The notes beneath the pieces are model-generated. The model searched no databases. It was not told the origin of the DNA and saw only the letters and a program-made list of their open reading frames with translations. A stretch of 36,206 nt of DNA from Malacoraja senta (Eukaryota): assembly GCA_038087875.1 (NCBI GenBank), contig JAXLNO010000638.1:62001-98206 (forward strand), read 5' to 3'. Shown piece after piece: positions 33,770 to 36,206 of the stretch. Position numbers and translations under genes: made by a program. The number at the start of each line of letters is the position of its first letter. Within the stretch, counting starts at the first letter, position 1.

Positions 33770-34355
33770 AGTACCCGCGTACTCGAGGCCTCAGCTAGGT
33801 CACGGCGTTTTTTTCAACATGCTGAAAAATGCCCACGAGTAAAAAAAGGTCGCCATGGAAAAATCAATATTTTTTTACTCGTAGGTTTAGTCGAGGTAGG
33901 TCATAGTAGGTCGTAATGCTATCGTAAGTAATTGAAGGTAGTCGAAGGTAAAGTTCGTTGAGAAAAAAAAGGTAAGTAAACCGACCGGTAATGTTAAATG
34001 CCCGCTAAACTTTATTAAAAGTTGTCTGGCTTCTTAAAAGTGTCTCCACTCCTTCTCCCCCCCTCTCTCCCCTTCTTTCCCCCCCCCCCCCACCCTCTCT
34101 CGGCGCTCTCTAAAGGACTTACTGATACTGTGCCAGCCGTCTTTTACCTTCCTGTTCATCGCGGGTGTGAATTTCAGACAGCGCTCCCCGCTTTCCCCGT
34201 CCCCCGCCTTTGCGATGTGTGTGTGTGCGGTCGGTCGATCCAGCTCGCGGTTTCATCGCTGACGGTCGATCCATCTCGAGGTTTTTCAGGCGAGTGCCCT
34301 CGAGCTTGAAGGTCGAAGACAGTCGCTGAAAAGTCGCGTTAGTGGGACAGGCCCT
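33770..34355. mobile_element. Possible one-ended PIF/Harbinger-type non-autonomous DNA transposon
   Basis: CpG-rich block with gtagg/gtcg subrepeats ending gtgggacaggccct followed by TTA; no partner inverted repeat found. Confidence 0.45.
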
Positions 34356-34514
34356 TTACTCTTGTTTCTCCCTCCTGATTTGTTGTTTTCATTATTTATT
34401 CTCCTTGTGGCAAGATGAAGAAACTATTTTAAGGTGTTTTTCACAATTTCAGAGTTCCAAGGTCGGCACTTAGTGCCCATTTCTAATATCCGGCTGCTCT
34501 GTTTTAGGATTGTT

Positions 34515-34809
34515 TTAGTAGAGATACAGCACAGCCTTCAGCTCAGCGAGTCCGCACCAAACAGCGATCCCTGAACACTAACACTATCCCACACACACTA
34601 GGGACAATTTACAATGATACCAAGCCAATCAACCTCTAAACCTGTACGTCTTTCGAGTGTGGGAGATAACCGGAACACCCGGAGAAAACCCACACAGGTC
34701 ACAGGCAGAATGAACAAACAAGCATCACACAGATTAGCACCCGTAGTCGGGATCAAACCCGGGTCTCTAGCGGTGCAAGGCAGTAGCACTACCACTACGC
34801 CACCGTGCC
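34515..34809 (-). mobile_element. HE1/V-SINE-type tRNA-SINE
   Basis: Reverse complement of the SINE head (cggcacggtggcgtagtggtagtgct), V-domain and tail. Confidence 0.88.
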
Positions 34810-35336
34810 GTTATCAAACTGCACACAGTGGGAATAAAAATGTATCTCTGGAAGATGTGCTATTTGACCAACAGGCAGGGTCATTACATCACTATTCAGT
34901 CCCATCCCTCCACTCTGTGAAACCACACATGTCTGTCCATCTGCACCTTTAAAAATCTTCAACATGACCTGACCACGGTGCCCATGCCAACTCGGAGTTC
35001 ATCCTTCCAAACTTTGCCAAATACTTTGTCCTGGACTAAATGTCTTTTTATAAGTGAATGACTTCTCTGTCCGCAGAATCTGGAAATTGGACAAAAAGCC
35101 ATGCATTACCCAGTCCTGGCAAAGCCCGAGAGTCACTTATGACTTTATTACAAACTGGCATGTCCCCAGCTCATCTAATATGAATCGTGACCATTACAAG
35201 TCCTGTTTTATATCTGGAGTTATTAAACAGAGCAAGATTCAAAGAAATAACGAAACATTTATCAAGCAAACCTTCCGAACAAGGCGCCAAAACTTGGTTC
35301 CTCCTGCATGCGGCCCAGTAGATTATTCCAGTAAAA

Positions 35337-35840
35337 TAGACACAAAATGTTGGAGTAACTCAGCGGGGATAGGCAGCTTCTCTGGAGAGAAGGAATGGGT
35401 GACGTTTCGGGTCGGGACCCTTCTTCAGACTGAGAGTCAGGGGAGGGGGAGATATAGAGATAAGGATGTATAAGGAGTGAGAATGAGACATCAAAGAGGG
35501 TGGCGATCAAGGAAAATGTGGAATAGATCATTGTTAGCTAGGGGAAGGTGACAACGAAGCAAACCGAGATAAAATGTAATCAGGGGCAGTTAGACTGGTC
35601 GGACAACTGGGAAGGGGGAGGGATGGAGAGAGAGAGGGAAAGCAAGGGCTACTTGAAGTTAGAGATGTCAATGTTCATACCACTGGGGTGTAAGCTGCCC
35701 AAGCAAAATATGAGGTGCTGTTCCTCCAATTTGCACTGGGTCTTACTCTGACAATGGAGGAGGCCCAGGACAGAACAGTCAGTGTGGGAATAGGAGGGGG
35801 ATTTAATGTGTTTAGCAATCGGGAGATCAGGTAGGTCCAT
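35337..35840 (-). mobile_element. Penelope-like element 3' end: GIY-YIG endonuclease C-terminus plus pLTR with hammerhead-like core
   Basis: SHTDCSVLGLLHCQSKTQCKLEEQHLIFCLGSLHPSGMNIDISNF, pyrimidine-rich UTR, then gtctgaagaagggtcccgacccgaaacgtcacc. Confidence 0.8.
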
Positions 35841-36206
35841 TATTCCAGTACACTTGCTAATCGGGGATGGGGGGTATGGTGATAATCTACTGGACGGTTT
35901 GTAAGGAAAATAATTTCACTGTGTTAACAATGAACATGTGACAATAAAAAGCACTGTTGATTATTGACACTATTGAGACATTATTCTGCAGAAGAAAGAA
36001 AGATTAATTGGGTTGAGAGAGGGGGAATCATGTGGAGGCTTTTAGTAAAGGTTTGGCGATAAAGGAAAATGTGTTTACTACCTGAACAACAACGGTGGAA
36101 GTTAGAAGCATTACTCTGCACACAGAGTGCTTTGCAACAGGTAGCTCTGAAGAAATGTACCATAACTGTTTAAAATTAATTTAAGTTGTATTTGAAAAGA
36201 GCATAA

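Noticed and set aside
1..36206. CRISPR array, rRNA or operon-like systems
   Set aside because: There are no regularly spaced repeat-spacer units or rRNA-like sequence; the window is eukaryotic interspersed repeat.

Overview
Repeat-dense, apparently gene-free (intergenic or intronic) vertebrate DNA. The repeat inventory (HE1/V-SINE-type tRNA-SINEs, CR1 LINEs, Rex1/Babar LINEs, Penelope-like pLTR repeats, DeuSINE remnants) suggests a cartilaginous fish, probably a skate or ray; this is an inference. No host exon was recognised. The main feature is a head-to-head pair of near-complete DIRS1-like tyrosine-recombinase retrotransposons (about 23175-28649 on minus, 28650-33671 on plus) with terminal inverted repeats, an internal complementary region (ICR) and Gag, RT, RNase H, methyltransferase-like and YR domains; both are inactivated. 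Most interesting observations: (1) a 135-bp TSD-flanked retro-insertion whose first 54 nt fold as a minimal HDV/CPEB3-like ribozyme (19882-19935, minus); (2) in both DIRS copies Gag runs in frame into RT, the YR ORF has no initiating ATG, and conserved phase-0 splice sites would give an in-frame Gag-YR fusion; (3) about 14 Penelope-derived short repeats carrying a hammerhead-like core; (4) a GC-rich non-coding retroelement family with a conserved 3' stem-loop. All boundaries were read by eye and are approximate unless defined by a TSD.
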